Of a DNA stretch of 64,000 bases, positions 13,225-50,440 are shown one piece after another (positions within the stretch are counted from its first letter, which is position 1; each line of letters opens with the position of its first letter). The position numbers were made by a program, and so were the translations under genes. Source of the DNA: Amoebidium appalachense (Eukaryota > Protista > Ichthyosporea); assembly GCA_963693365.1 (NCBI GenBank), contig CAVNZM010000011.1, positions 806,001-870,000 of the forward strand, given 5' to 3'. The notes under the pieces were generated by a model that was not told the origin of the DNA, ran no database searches, and saw nothing but the letters and a program-made list of their open reading frames with translations.

Positions 13225-14037
13225 TTATCCCCCAACTCACGCGCGCACACACGCACACGTTTCAAATTCAAATTCAAAAAAGCCAAACATCCGGGCGCAC
13301 AACCCCCAAAACGATCACAATGTACATTTTCAACCAAACACACATACATTGCTTTCTTCTCTTTGGTGTAAGTGCACACTTGTATGCATTTGGGCCACCG
13401 TGTGCCGTGACCGTACCACTGTTATACATTTATTTTGCCTGCCGGCTGAATACTCATGTGATCGCACAGAAACAAAAAACATTACCGGCGATTATTATCT
13501 CAGAGTCTTATCAGAAACATTCAATAGAGCACACCCATGGACCATATCACCAGAACAGGCACTCGGTCCGATGTCCACACAGCAACCATTCAATGACATT
13601 TGGAATGTGTTTGCAAATCAAGGTTACACGAAAATTTAAGGTGATTTGCAGTTAGGCTTTATCTACTTGCACAAACGATCACTCACATGTGAAGACTGCA
13701 TGCCACTCATTCGAGATTATTTTTTCGCTTTCGGAACAACACAGACTAGATGTGATCAGCATACAACAGCCTTGAGATCATTTCTCACATAGCAGTATCC
13801 CCCCCCCCCCCCCCCCTCCCCCCTCTCCCCCCCTCCCCCCCCCACACACACACACTACCAAGGGCCCGACTGTTTACGAATGCACTCCAGGAGCATATTC
13901 TACGGTTACAACACAGGTCAGACAGGGGACCTTTTCAAACCCTGCCTGCAGTTACGCTTGTCAGCACAAGTCCGGATGCCCAAAGGTGCTCAGGTCTTGC
14001 TCGGAGAAGAAATATGGGTCCTCATCACAGCACACAC

Positions 14038-14092
14038 TCACATGCCCATGGAGTGTAGAACACTCATGGTCACCATTCCTGGAAAACGAAGG

Positions 14093-14133
<41 letters not shown>

Positions 14134-14134
14134 T

Positions 14135-14173
<39 letters not shown>

Positions 14174-14333
14174 GCTCGCGAGAGTGTATCCAGGGTTATT
14201 CACTTTCTCTTTCCTTTTTTTTGGTTGTCTTCTTTACTTTCCTTTCCTAGTCCCTTTTTCCATTCTTCCCCCTTTTCTCTTCTGTTCTTTTGTCTCTCCC
14301 CCCCCCCCCCCCCCCCCCCCCCCTTTTTTTTTT

Positions 14334-14378
<45 letters not shown>

Positions 14379-14620
14379 GGGGAGGGGGGGAGGGGGGGGG
14401 GGAGGGGGAGTATGTGTCCACCTGTTTAATCTCGCAGGGTATGTGACTTCAACAAGAGCAGGTTTGTGCTCTTGCGGGAGCAATGCATGTTGGTATGATC
14501 TAGCAAGGCACTATGATATACATGTACATATATATATATATACAAATTCATATACATATAACTATATATATCATAGTATAGAGTATATATGGATCACAGG
14601 TGTGTGTTTGTGTGTGTGTT

Positions 14621-14675
<55 letters not shown>

Positions 14676-14916
14676 TGGTGGTGTGTGTGTGTGTGGGGGG
14701 GGGGGGGAGGGGAGGGGGGAGGGGAGAGGGGGGGGGGGGTAGCGATGCCATACCAAGAATCATGGCAGCAGCCAACTGGTGGGTGCTTGTGACCTCAGGC
14801 AGAAACGGCAGACAGAGCCCGGGGGTGTCCACTGTGTGTGGAGACGGGGAAGGAGAGGGGGTGAGGGAGAGAGAGGGAGAGAGGGAGGGAGGGAGGGAGG
14901 GAGGGAGGGAGGGAGG

Positions 14917-14960
<44 letters not shown>

Positions 14961-15831
14961 AGACAGAAAGACAAACAGACAGAGAGAGAGAGAGAAAGAA
15001 TGGGAGAGAGGGAAAGAGATGAGGGTGGGGGTGCGGGTGGGGGGTGCGGGGATGCGGAGTAAGAGAGAGTGACATCTATTAAATACACGGGGTGTGTGTG
15101 TATGTGTGGATATGTGTGTGTGCATGTGTCTGTTCTTCAAGGTTCATCCGCAGCTCCCTGCACGCCCATGCAACCGCATTATGCTAGACGTTTTCTTGCG
15201 TGTGCAAGGATCCCCCCCCCTCCCCCCCCCCCCCCAAAAAAAAACACACACACCTACACACACCGTCCCCCATGCACCCTCCGTAACTACACCGGCCCAC
15301 ACACCTCCACCCTGCACACACACACACCAGATCCTTGATCAGTCTGATCACCCCATCACCCCCTTCCAACACAAACACTAACCCTTTCCCGAAGATCGTT
15401 CCCCATCATGTCAGGTAGCCCCAAATCCCCCCCCCCCCCCCCCCCCCCCCCCAAACACGCACATATACACCCTAAAATTCCCTTGAAACAAGCACTCTCG
15501 CCTTTTTCCCCAGTATCATCCCTCGATTCCATTCAAGCAATCCCTCCCTGCCCCTGTTCCCAGCAACTCCCCCACTCCCCCCACACACACACGTGCACAC
15601 ATGCAGGCCCACACACCTCTCCTGACGGGGGCCAGCAGCACTGCCGAGCACACCACCACCAGCCCCCCCACAAACAGCGTCACCTGCCACCGTGTCTCCC
15701 CCCCTCCCCCCCGCTCCAGCCCTTTCTTCTCTTTGCTCCCCTCGGAGTCTCCCTGTGACTTCAGACTGCTGCCCACCTGTTGGGTTAGAGGGAGCGCAAT
15801 GTCAAAAACAATCCGGGGGCCAGATGGTTAC

Positions 15832-15885
<54 letters not shown>

Positions 15886-16043
15886 CTGTGTATGGAGGGG
15901 GGGGGAGGGGGAGGAGGGAGGAAGGGGGGAGGGCGCAATGGAAACGATCAAGAGGGGGAGCGCAACAACGTATAGGTGGGTGGGTGGGGGATGGGGGGGG
16001 AGGGGGAGAGGGCACGAGAAACGGCATATCAAAGGATGAAATG

Positions 16044-16099
<56 letters not shown>

Positions 16100-16753
16100 T
16101 TGTGTGTGTGTGCGCGCGTGCGTGTGTGTGCGTGCGTGCGCTCGCGCGCGCGCTGTGTATGTGCGTGCGCGCGTGTGTGTATACGAAGCACCCATTCACA
16201 ACGGACAACACGATGCAGAATGCAAAACACATTGCAAATATGTTTCATAAAACAAGTCGAGCCCAACCTTAAGGAGGTCCCAAATCTCTCCTCATCCAGG
16301 TCCCCCTTCACCCCAATCTCACTCAACCATGCGCTCTTCACCCCCCCTTCAACACACACACACTAACACACAGTCTTCCTCACTTCAAGCTGCACACCTA
16401 ACTGGAACCCCAATCAAGGCACGCCACACGTTATCACCACCCCTGAATCATCCCCACTCAACACAAGCCAACTCTACCTACCCAAACAACTCCATGCAGC
16501 AATCAATAGCTCTAGGCATCCAAACCAGATGCTGTGCAGTTTCCAAGCAGTGTGGCAATGCATACCTGCGTTGTGTTGGTGGTGACTGTGTGCATGTGTT
16601 GGGACGCCACCATGGGGCTTTGCTGTAATACGCTGTGACCGGGCAGCACACACTCAGCCTCGATGGTGGTCGACCCACTTACAGGACTGCCCTCTCCACA
16701 GATCTGCACCTTGAACTGGGGCGGGGGGGGGGGGGGGGGGGGGGGTAGGGGGG

Positions 16754-16799
<46 letters not shown>

Positions 16800-17466
16800 G
16801 GGGGGGGGGGGGGGGGGGGGGGGGAGTGGGAGGTCAAGGAACGAGAGGCAGCATGCATTGGTATACTGTGAGAACCAAGAGCACAGACTAGAACTTGGTG
16901 ATACAGAAATTTTGTATACCCGTGTGTGCGAAGGGATGGAGGGGAGGGGGGTGGGGGGTGGGGAGTGGGCTGCTGGCCCACTCCCAGCTTATCCCCATGC
17001 ACTTTCAATGTTAAACCAACCTCCGTATCTACCATTTTAGCGTCTGGGCGGCGAGCAGCCGAGAGCCACATTTCTCAGATGTGGCTTCACAAATCAGGAA
17101 ACGATATCATTTTGCCGATGTCGACATACGAGAACATACGATTTCGGGGCAAAGTTTCAAGCTAAGCGCCAAACGGCTGCGTGATAATTGTTAACAAATG
17201 GCCTCACGCCCTCGATTGGTTGATAGGTTCGATAACTTCATAGGCGGCGCCAGAGCAATTTGGAATCCTCGATCGGATCAACCTCGATCGTGTCTAAAAT
17301 GGTAGATACGGACTTTGGTTTAAGAGGTGCTGCTGAATCAGCCTCTTACCCTGTTTGTAAGCTTTACCGAAATACTTAGGAAGTGCCCCTTCTATCTCAT
17401 ATGCGCGCGCGCGCGCCCGCACACACACACAACTTACCCCCCCCCCCCCCCCCCATCTTTCCCCCC

Positions 17467-17509
<43 letters not shown>

Positions 17510-18078
17510 CCACCCTCTCCCTTCCACCTTTCACTCTCTTCAACCACACTCTTCACTCCCCTCTCCCCCCTCCTTTCCCAAGCTCTATATCCCTACCACC
17601 ACAACCACCACTACGTCTTCCCCTCCACACCCCTACCCTTCCCCCCAAATGCCTCTCACACTCTTTCCCCTCACATCAACCTGCCACATGGTCACACAAA
17701 ACTTGCACCAACCCCCCCCCCCCCCCCCCCCCCCCTCCCCGCCTCCCCACGCCGGTTTCTCTCCCCTAGGTTAGACTCCTCGATGTCTCCCTTGGCCCGT
17801 ACCTTTGCCAGGGGCCGCAGGGTTTCATTTTGGCGTTGCCTCAGCGCAATGATGATGTCTGTGGATGACACGGCCTTCAACCGCCCTGTAACACACCACA
17901 CTGTTATATGGCATCCGAAGGAGACCGGGGAGAGGTTGCAAAACGTTTTGCCAGTTGTCTTGAACCGAAAACCTCGGCATATAAGTAAGCCGCGGTGGCC
18001 CACCAACACCAAGGGATATTCAGTTTCCAACCTCCTTCCCCTTCCTCCCTCTTCCTCCCCCTGCCCGCCCCGCCCCCC

Positions 18079-18114
<36 letters not shown>

Positions 18115-18678
18115 AAAAACAAAAAATAATAATGATGATAGTCAGTTTTAATTCGCACATCGAGGGGGGAGGGGGGTGGGGGGGGAGGGGGGTACCTGTA
18201 GGGCCTTGCACGGAAAACTGGCGCGGTACAGTGCACGTTATCTCGTACGTGAGGGGTGTGTCGTAGGGGTTGTACACCGTCAATAGCTGCTTGTGTGTGG
18301 CCTGAAAGGGGAACATGTTCAGAGTTAGACGCAGGGTGGATGTACAGGGTGTTGGAACCAATACAGGCAGATTTATTTGTGTGTATATGCACCCTGCACA
18401 AAGATGCAACCGTGTGTTTGTAAGTATACCTATCTGTGTATGGATGCTGCAAGTGTATGTATGCTATAAAATGGCTTTGAGGGCTCCGTGGCTCAGACAG
18501 GGGAGGTGAACACTTAGGCACACCAAGTGTCTCTCCTAAGACGAACAACTTGAACGGGCTAATGATATGGAAGCCACACACATGCTCTGTTCATAGCCCA
18601 TGATACTTCCAAAGACTACTTTACTACTTAAATACCGGGTTCCTACCTGCTTCGACAGAAGAGAACCCCGTCCTGCAT

Positions 18679-18712
<34 letters not shown>

Positions 18713-19035
18713 TTCCCCTTTCAATCCGGTGTGTAAAGAAGTGCCAAATCACAAAGTTCCTATTCTCCGTGTACTTAAGCGTTCTCCAAATACGCAGCGC
18801 AACTGCACCACTCGTTTCCCAACAGACTTTGCCCTTTTCATCCAAACGACACACACAGACACGCATACGCATGCACATGCAGGCACAGAAACGTAATTCT
18901 ACGCACATAAGTGCGCACAGACACGCACAGACACGCAAACAGCGCCACACACGAGCATACCGGATCGTCGGCCACATAGAGCAACCTCTTTGGCTTGACC
19001 AGCACGGGGATTGTGACCGTCCCCTGTGTCTCCAT
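14038..19035 (-). CDS. MOSPD1: Motile sperm domain-containing protein 1/3-like (MSP domain plus two C-terminal TM helices). Seven exons: ~19035-18961, 18301-18195, 17886-17803, 16715-16566, 15776-15616, 14832-14752, 14078-14038
   Basis: Spliced METQGTVTIPVLVKPKRLLYVADDPATHKQLLTVYNPYDTPLTYEITCTVPRQFSVQGPTGRLKAVSSTDIIIALR..FKVQI..LVVVCSAVLLAP..HQLAAAMILGMVTMSVLHSMGM*. This parallels MOSPD1 motifs as I recall them (THKQVLTLYNPY, VVCIAALMLP, KLVAAYILGLITM). Confidence 0.85.
17015..17319. mobile_element. Non-autonomous DNA transposon (MITE) with TTAA TSD, same family as 36250-36516, inside a MOSPD intron
   Basis: TTAA at 17011-14 and 17320-23. Imperfect TIRs accaacctccgtatctaccattttag / ctaaaatggtagatacggactttggt. 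Internal gcgccagagcaat..aatcctcgatcggat is shared with the other copy. Confidence 0.8.
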
Positions 19036-19793
19036 AGGGACGGCAAAAGAATGACCGGGTGGCTGTGTGTTACTGCACACACACCACTATATAAAATTTC
19101 TATTGTCTGTGCTATTACAGAAGGCACACCCTATCAGGCGTACGCAGGCATACGTGGAGCTTACTATCATGAGAGTTGCTCTGGTAAACTCAAAAAACAC
19201 GACGTGGGTGGAGAAATTTTTGCAGAGTTAGGCCGGATGAGGTTGAGATGCTGAACTACTCTTTGCTCAAAATATGATTAGTGTACTGCCTTGGACGGAG
19301 AAAAGCCAAGCTTCTCTTTCGAAAGAAAAGCCAACAAAACCAACCGTAATACCGTTAGAGCTATAGCAACATCGTTGTCTTTCTTTTTCGAAAACTGAGC
19401 AAACTGAGCTGTATACGCTCGAGCTCTGAGCTGTGATGCATGTGCGTATCAGCGTACGCTGTACCTTGCTTGCTTGTGCACACACTAGATTTTAAGAAAG
19501 AGTGGGGGTTTATTTTTTTTTCTCTTTAAAAAAAACGGTTCCTTGCGTATCTATAAACTCCAAGGTGTTCTGCACTGTCTTTTATGCACCCTTTTATGCC
19601 AACACGACAGCAACAACGTCATCAACACAAATCAGCAAAACACATGCATGACCTTTCATAAATGAACACACTGTAACAGTACATTTAGCTCCTTATAAGG
19701 TTATCATATAGTGGTTAAACCAATCATCGACTTCCCCAATGAGCTGAATTTGCTGAGCCGCGTATACGTAGGAACATTATCATTATGGGACAG

Positions 19794-19831
<38 letters not shown>

Positions 19832-19832
19832 C

Positions 19833-19867
<35 letters not shown>

Positions 19868-20859
19868 CTCTTTCTCTCTCAGACCCCCCCCCCCCCTCTC
19901 TACCGTATGATCTTTCTCTTCTCCCCCCCCCCCCCCCCAACCTTCTCTCCCTCTTCCTTTCCCCTCACCCCCCCCCCTCTCTCTCTGTGTGTGTATTGTG
20001 CACGTGCGCGTGTGCACGTGTGCGTGATCCTGTGTGTACGTATGTGTGCCGTACGTGTACATTTCAGTGTGTGTATGCGTGTATCTGCCGCGTGTATGTA
20101 GTAGTTGTGTGCGTGTTTGTGTTGTGCACGGGCGCGTGTGGTGGCCGGGTGGTGAGTGTGTGCGTGCCTGTACAGCTTTGAAAGGCCGGCAGGGGTCTGC
20201 CACATGTTTGCTATGTAGGCTAGCTAAGGGCAGGAAATTTCGAGGCAAAAGGTAAGAAAAGCGTGATCATGGGTCCCCAAGCGTGCAACTCTCTGGCTGT
20301 CGCCGACAGATACATTCAGTACTGTTATGAGTCGTATGCAGGCTGTCTGCCCAACAACTGGTTGGTGCAGAAGCTGGTTAAAATTTAATTTTAATTCAAA
20401 CTATAATACGCACACGGTGTGGTGCACAGCAATAAAGGGGTGCACAGTAAAGCCAACATGTCATGGAGAAGACACAGCAGCAAGGCTCACATATTCTCAA
20501 GTTTTCGCCACCTACGGTTTCTCAAGAAGTACACAATAACCGGAGTATAAAACAACAACCAATAAGAAAAAATTCAACAAAATATAAAGCACTCAAAAGC
20601 TAGCATTAGCAAACCTACTTGCTTCCTTCGAAAGTGTTTATGTGTGTGTGTGTGTGTGTGTGGTTATGAGTGAAGTGTAAGTCCCCAAGCACAAGCGTGC
20701 ATGTTAGGTGGTATGTAGGAACGCCAAGGCCCATGCACGTACGTTTCATAAGTGAATGCTTGTAGCTAACATCCCCCCTTTCGATGTATAATGAGTAGAG
20801 CGCTGACTTACTATACGATAATATCCTGTTTTTGAACATCCGCTAACATATGCATGCAT

Positions 20860-20925
<66 letters not shown>

Positions 20926-20986
20926 ACATAGACAAAAATCCACATCCATCTCACCATAACAATCATAGCAAAAGAGAAGGCAAAGT

Positions 20987-23900
20987 TCACGAGAAGTCAT
21001 CCTCCCCCCACGACATTGGTGACCCACTGCCCACATCCACCTCATCCCCCCTAAATCTGCGGAATCTCCCGCCATCATCAAAATCTGCATCGCCCGCCCT
21101 GCGCTTCTTGCTCGTATCGTCCATATCCCAGCTGTTATCAAAGTCCGGGTCGTCTCTGCTTGGCAGCCGCAACAGGAAACGTGGCTCCCCCACCCCCTGT
21201 GCCTCCTGTGGGTCGGGTGTAGCATGCATTGAACCCCTCCCACTTCTCGGCCCTTCCCGCTCCCTCTCACCCCCTCTCTCGTGCTCTCCCACTCCCACCG
21301 GGCTTTTCCTAAATCTATCGTCGGGCCGTCCGCTATTACCGCCCCTTCCCCCCCAGTCTCGCCGTTGCTGGTGGCCCAAGTGCTGTTGCTGTGTTTGCAT
21401 CTGCTGCCCACCAAATTTCCTTCCGTGACCCCCCCCGGCCCTGCCCCCAATCTCTCCTTCCACCCCTCCGGTCGTCGTCCCTCCTGTGTCCCCCCCTATC
21501 CCCACCCATGTCTCCCCTCCTCCCCCGGTCATCCCCCCGCCAATCCTGCTGAGCCATGCCCTGCTCCTCCCTCCGTCCTCCCCTTTGCGGGGGCTGTTGT
21601 GTGTTCTTACGCTCGGGCCATGGCTCCCGCCTGTCTCTGTGCTCGTTACCGGACTGTTTGTCGTCCCCACGATCCACCCTACCCCCCCGCAGCACATCTG
21701 CAGGTGACTGCCGGCCCAGCCTGTCGCTGATATCCCTGCTGCTACCTCTGCGGCCTTGCCCCTCTGCCGAGTGTTCGTCTGCACCCTCCACCTGCTCCTG
21801 CATGGTGGGCCGGGACACCCTCCTGCCTGCCTCCTCCTCCCCCCTCTGCCCCCGCCTGTCCAACATGCGCTCACGCAGGTCTCCCGATGCATGCTCCCTC
21901 CTTCCACCCGTGTTATCCCGCTCCTGCCCGCCTTGGCCAGGCCTGTCCTCTTCTCTCCCCTTGTCCTTTTCGTGTTCACGTTCCTTCCCCTTCTCCTTTT
22001 CCGCCTCCCTCTCACGCCGCCTATTACGCTCTCTCTCCCATTCCCTCTCCCTCTCCCTCTCCTTGGCTTGCCATTCCTTTTCTTGTGCCTCCTGTTCTTT
22101 CATCTCTTTCTCTCTTGCCTGCTTCTCCCTTGCTTCCTTCGCATTTCGTTCATTCATTTCCTTTTCCCTTGCCCCTCTCTCTCTTGCCTCTTTGTCCTTG
22201 GCTTCTCTTTCGCTCGTTTCTTTCTCCTCAGCCTCTCTTTCCCTCGTCTCTTTCTCCTTAGCCTCTCTTTCTCTTTTCTCTTTGGCTTCTCTTTCCCTCG
22301 TTTCTTTCTCTTTTCCTTCTCTTTCCCTCATTTCTTTCTCTTTTGCTTCTCTTTCCCTCGTTTCTTTCTCTTTGGCTTCTCTTTCCCTCATTTCTTTCTC
22401 TTTGGCTTCTCTTTCCCTCGTTTCTTTCTCCTTAGCTTCTCCTTCCCTCGTTTCTTTCTCCTTAGCTTCTCTTTCCCTCGTTTCTTTCTCCTTGGCCTCT
22501 CTCTCCCTTGCTTCTTTTTCCTTGCTCTCTCGTTCTTTTGCTCCTCTTTCCCTTGTTCGTCTTTCCTTTTCCTCTTTCTCTCTCCTTTCCTTCTCCCTTT
22601 CCTCTCGTTCCCTCTCTTCCTTCTCCTTTGCCTCTCGTTCCCTCGATTCTTTCTCCCTTGCTTCTCTGTCCCTCGTTTCTCTCTCCTTTGCCTCTTTCTC
22701 TCTATCTAATCTATCGTCCTTCTGCCTCACACCTTCCTGTCGAGGTTTCTCGCTTCCGTCCCCCTTTCCAACACTCTCCCGCAACTCCTTCCTCTCCGAT
22801 GTCTCCTTCCGACTCCCACCGTGTGTCTCCCTCTGTGTTTCCTCGTTCCTCCGAAGGGCCTGCCCATGTTTCCTTCCGTGATCTCCACCCTTCTCCCCCT
22901 GTCTATCCACAACCAGTGTCTCCCTGCGTTCAGGGGTCGAGGCTCTATTCTCCCGACTGCTCCCCCCTCCATCCTTCTTTTCCCTGCCCACATCATCTCT
23001 CCCCCGCCTTGAATCGCCATGATCTGATGTCCGATGCTGTGCCGTTGTCACCTTTGTTTCTTCCACATTCGTGCGGCTGCTCGTGCGAAACGCTGCCACA
23101 CCCGACCCTGTTTGGTGCTGGTGGGTGTCTTGCTTTAAGGTGTGCTGTGTGTGTGTTGTGTTGCTGTTGACGTGTGCCGGCTGTGCCTTGCCTGGTGCCT
23201 TGGTCTCTGCCCCTGTGTGTGCAGGCTCCTTACTGTCCCTCCGGCCGCTAGCCACCGGTTTAGCCAAAGGCACCCGTGCCTCCTCTGGTGCTCTCCCACC
23301 CCCTTCTCTCCCTGCTTGCTTGTCCGCCACCACAGGTGCCAGCAACCGTCTTCCCTGCTCCGTAGTGCCTCTGTGTGACTGGATGGATGGCTCGGCATGC
23401 CCACTTTTGTCCGGAAAGAAATGCGGCGGGGACTCGGGTGGGGGTGGTGGGGGTGACTCGGAAGGCTCCTTCGGGTGGCCGTCCAAGGGGCTGTAGACAA
23501 AAGGCTCCATGGCCCTCTGGCCCCAGGCCGCAGCCAGCAGGTCTGTGTGGGTGCCGGCACTGTCCGTGCAGTGGCGCTTGGCCCCATTACTGTTTGGTGT
23601 CTCGGGGGTGTGGGCCCTCTTGCCCTGACCAGGTGCCACTTGATGGCCTTCGAGGTCGGGGGGGTGGGCTAGGGTGCCGCTGGGGGGGTTAGGGGCCAGT
23701 TGCAGGGCCGTGGAGGCACGGCGCTCTGTCTGCTGGCGCCTGGAGGCCAGGTAGAAGACATCGTCAAGGTGCTCCAGCGCCTGGGCACGAAACCCAAGCA
23801 GGTCCCGGGGCAGCAGGGCCTCGGTGGTGTCAAGCACAAACAGCTGCTTGAAGCGCGACAGCACCCGCTCGTGCATCATCTCTGCAAAGATGGGGAAGGC

Positions 23901-24040
23901 CACAGCCAAGGGCACGCCCTGCGCAGCTGCAGCAGCCTCCAGCCAGGCAACCTCTTGGGGGTCCATCTGCAGCGTGCCCGGTAGAAAGACGCGCTCCCAC
24001 AGAGACCCCATCTCGCCGTGGTAGGGGCGTGACTCGCTCA
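20987..24040 (-). CDS. Uncharacterised intronless, largely disordered protein (~1000 aa): small N-terminal helical domain, (ETREREAKEK)n charged helix, RG/RD-rich tail. Frameshift at the G8 run 21429-21436
   Basis: The 914-aa ORF (first ATG-initiated reading MSESRPY..) overlaps a second frame that continues the same composition (RRDWGQGRGG then RRDWGGRGG..SWGEDDFS*). It is free of the microsatellites that fill non-coding DNA here. Confidence 0.7.
22190..22700 (-). repeat. Coding ~30-bp tandem repeat encoding (E-T/M-REREAKEK)n
   Basis: The plus-strand unit ttctctttccctcgtttctttctctttggc is repeated ~10 times, with degenerate flanking units. Confidence 0.85.
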
Positions 24041-25100
24041 TGTTGGAGGCTCCTGGGGAGGGAGGGCCAATAAGGAACATAAGGGAGAGGGTGGGTGAGG
24101 ATATAGTGAGAACGGCACGCGCCGTGGTCGTGTGCTCCCCACAGTGGGCACACTAATCCTGCAGGATGGTGCAGCCTGCACACAGTCATGCAGCCACGGA
24201 GCCATGTTGATGGAGACAAAGAAGAAAGGAGCCACAGACCAGAAGAAGTGGAAGATGCCGAACGGTCGCAATGCCGTTGAAAAGATGCAGAAAAACAACC
24301 CCCTAAACGGTGGCTGGGCTAGCCACAGGCACGAGTGCCGGAAGAAGAATCGTCACCCTGGTTCGGCACACCAAAGAAGACGCACACCGCCTGAGGCTAC
24401 CAACCTGTTAGTACATGGCCCTTGTGCGTGTTGCTGCAGCGCCCAATATCTCGTCTCTCGCTTGCTCTTGCTGTGTCGTCTTCTCTCGTAGCTTGTTGTT
24501 GCCCCTATCCTCCCTGCCTTTCTTATTGTCAGCTGAAGTGAAGACGGATCCTAAGCCTTCATCACACCAGGGACCGGGGATGGGGGGCGAAATGCGCTCG
24601 CTACATTGCAGTAGATATATCAAAAAAGAAACTACCGGTTGCAAGTATCCACACAGTTTACATACACGGTACTTGGTGGCTGAGGCTAACATCGTAGTAT
24701 TCATGTAGTGATGATGCTCCCAACATAATATCTTAGAGAAATACATTGGAGTATTTGAAGTTTCTATTATATCCCAGGTCCATTACATCGAAAAACATTA
24801 AGATACATAACCTGTAATTTAGGGGCTCAAATTGGTGTTTGCGCTATCACTTTTTCCGGCGCGCGCATGCAAGGCAGGCTGAGCTGCAGACAGAACATCC
24901 TCACAAACGCGTAGTTCGATGTTCGTTAACAATTGACCTGTGAAACCTTCTTTTGCATCACTGAATGTTCCTCGAGTGGCTAAGCAGTGCTTTAGCCGTA
25001 GCACTAAGGGCTGGACATCCCAGCCCCTAGGCCTGCCATGTCGTGCCCAGTTTGAACATTATCCATTTCCCTCTGTGCACTTCACTTCCACGCACCCACC

Positions 25101-47925
<22,825 letters not shown>

Positions 47926-48813
47926 CCTGGTGACCTCTGTGCTTTTCTTCTTCTTTTCCTTCTTTCTATATGGTCCTCCCTACTTAGTGGAGGAAACACG
48001 ATTTCAAGTGCATGTGTGTGCATCTGTGTCTGCGGGCAGGTGTGTGTTTGTGTGCGGCATCAGCAGCTGCATCCTGCCCACAACACCTGCAATAATCATT
48101 CGCCGTGTTTATGTGTGTTAGTGGGTGTGTGTCTGCGTGGGTGGTTTGGTGGGTGGTGGTGGTGGTGGTGGTGGTGGTGGTGGTGGGGGGGGGGGGGGGG
48201 GGGGGGCAGCGGCATTTTTTTCCGTGAAATGGCCCATCAACTGCACGTGGTTCGATGATGAAGGTTCACGCACATGTTTCTGTGCTAGATGCAGATTAAG
48301 CTGATTGCGAATGCTTGTGTGCGGGAGCGAATAATACCGAATAGCTGCTACAAACACCCTGACAATTTGCAACACCACACGTGTTTTCAAAGAACTTGGA
48401 TGCCACCTTTGGCCGTTTCTTTCGCTTGCTTATGGTGTTGAGTTTAACCTCTAAAAGGCCTAATGAAAGGGATATTCGATTATCCGAACCACGGCATCTG
48501 TGGAAGCAATTTTGTGATCCATGAATGGCCATGGTAGCATTGCATTGTATGACTGGTATATCTCATGCATGAGATATCTGCCTGTTATCAGAGAACTTAG
48601 AAGCTATCAAGTAGTAATACGTTGTATGATTGGTATAATACAAGATGCACCTGATTATTGTGTTAACAAATACATCAGAGAGCACGCAAGTGTTATTCAT
48701 TATGCATTGCATGATTGCTGAAAAACAACTATGGGGTATCTGTGATATCCCGTGTTCTCTCTTTACCAATGAACACGCCGAGTCAAGAACAGTGGAGGAT
48801 TATCGTATGGTTG

Positions 48814-48891
<78 letters not shown>

Positions 48892-49054
48892 TGTGAGTGT
48901 TTGAGTGAAAATATGTACTTGGGGGGTATGTGTGTGTGCGTGTGTGTGTTGGTGAGTCAGTCATGAACAGAGGATTATCGTACGATTGCCGTGTATGTAT
49001 GTGTGAGTGAGTGTGTGTGTGTGTTTGTGTGTGTGGGTGCGTGTGTGTGTGTGG

Positions 49055-49087
<33 letters not shown>

Positions 49088-49088
49088 T

Positions 49089-49153
<65 letters not shown>

Positions 49154-49848
49154 ACTCAGTCTGGCCATGTTTTTTATATTTTTTTTTACCCCGTTATGTT
49201 CCCGGAGGGACCCCCACCAGTGGAACCCTCAGGGGGAACTACCGTCTTCCACCCAGCACCGACAGTACTCTAGCGCTGCTAGGGTGCTACGGTATTATTA
49301 GCTAAGCTAACACACCTTTAAACAATCCTATTTGCACACACTTAGCCCAGGGTATTCAGGCCATGTTTTGTGTTTGTGCCAATTAATTGCAAGGTGTCTA
49401 ATATAGATAGATGTGCGACATGTGATAATTGCGTTGTGAGGGTTGGAGAGCCAGGAGGAGGAGGAGGAGGAGAGGAGGGGGGGGGGGGGGGGGGAGGAAC
49501 GGGGACTGCGCGGGGCGGGCGGGGGGGGGGGGGGGGGGGGGGGGGGGGAGGGGCTGATGGGCGGGGATTCGGAGGAAGCACACAAACGACGCAGAACTGA
49601 CTGTCACGTGAGTTCATTTCTTTGACCGTTCTTTAGTTTCACCTTTTGCATACCAACATGATCATTCGGGTATGATGTACAGTGAGCTGTACATGTGCAT
49701 TCATTTTTGCATGCTCGACAGCATCTCGAGGGCATTTCCACGATCAAATTACACAAGGGGAGGGAAAGCTAAAAGTGTAGATGGAGTTGTGGGGAAGATG
49801 GTTGCACAGGGGTGGGTGGGTAGGCATGCCCGGGCGGATGCGGCCCCA

Positions 49849-49888
<40 letters not shown>

Positions 49889-50440
49889 TGGTGATAAGCC
49901 GCCACGTGAATATAAACCAAACATTTGGAAATGGCCACACAGTGAAGGCCGCACACGTTCTGCAACAGTCAGTGTTTGCACACGCTTGTTTGTGCACGGC
50001 CAAGTGCTGCACTGTTGGAATTCCTGAATTCCGTAGCTGCGGAGGTCTTATTTGATTGGTAGTAACATTACACTACAAACAAACTGCTTGTCTGCTTTGA
50101 TTGGTTACAATAGATTTAGTCATCTCAGGCATGCTTTTAAGGGTTTAAAGTTTTGGGCTTCAAGTTTGGCCTCGAACTCTGACACACGCTTGCTTTAGCT
50201 GTTCTCGGAGAGAAACAGAGAAAATGAAATATCCAGTGCAGCTATAATACATTGCAAAATGAAATTTCTCCTTTTTGGGAATTGGCAATGAGCGTAGAAA
50301 ACATTAAAGAACAATGGATCAGGAATCGTTTGTGAAAAGTTTGGCTTCTAACCCTGGGTCATACAGGAATGTTTGGAATTTTTACTGAATTCCGAGATTA
50401 CACTTGGACCAGTGAAAGCTTGAGATTCGCTTCGCATGAT

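Noticed and set aside
10830-13660. Non-repetitive stretches with exon-like boundaries (e.g. 11033-11400, 12890-12957, 13504-13622)
   Set aside because: I could not join them into a frame with recognisable motifs; they may be UTR or decayed sequence.
21556-22881. 441-aa Ser/Leu/Phe-rich plus-strand ORF
   Set aside because: Antisense shadow of the purine-rich charged repeat.
24940-25100. Arg/Ser-rich upstream frame as a LIG3 mitochondrial targeting peptide
   Set aside because: It is out of frame with the ATG at 25101 and starts at GTG; the only nearby in-frame upstream ATG (25038) hits a stop after five codons. It would need unseen splicing.
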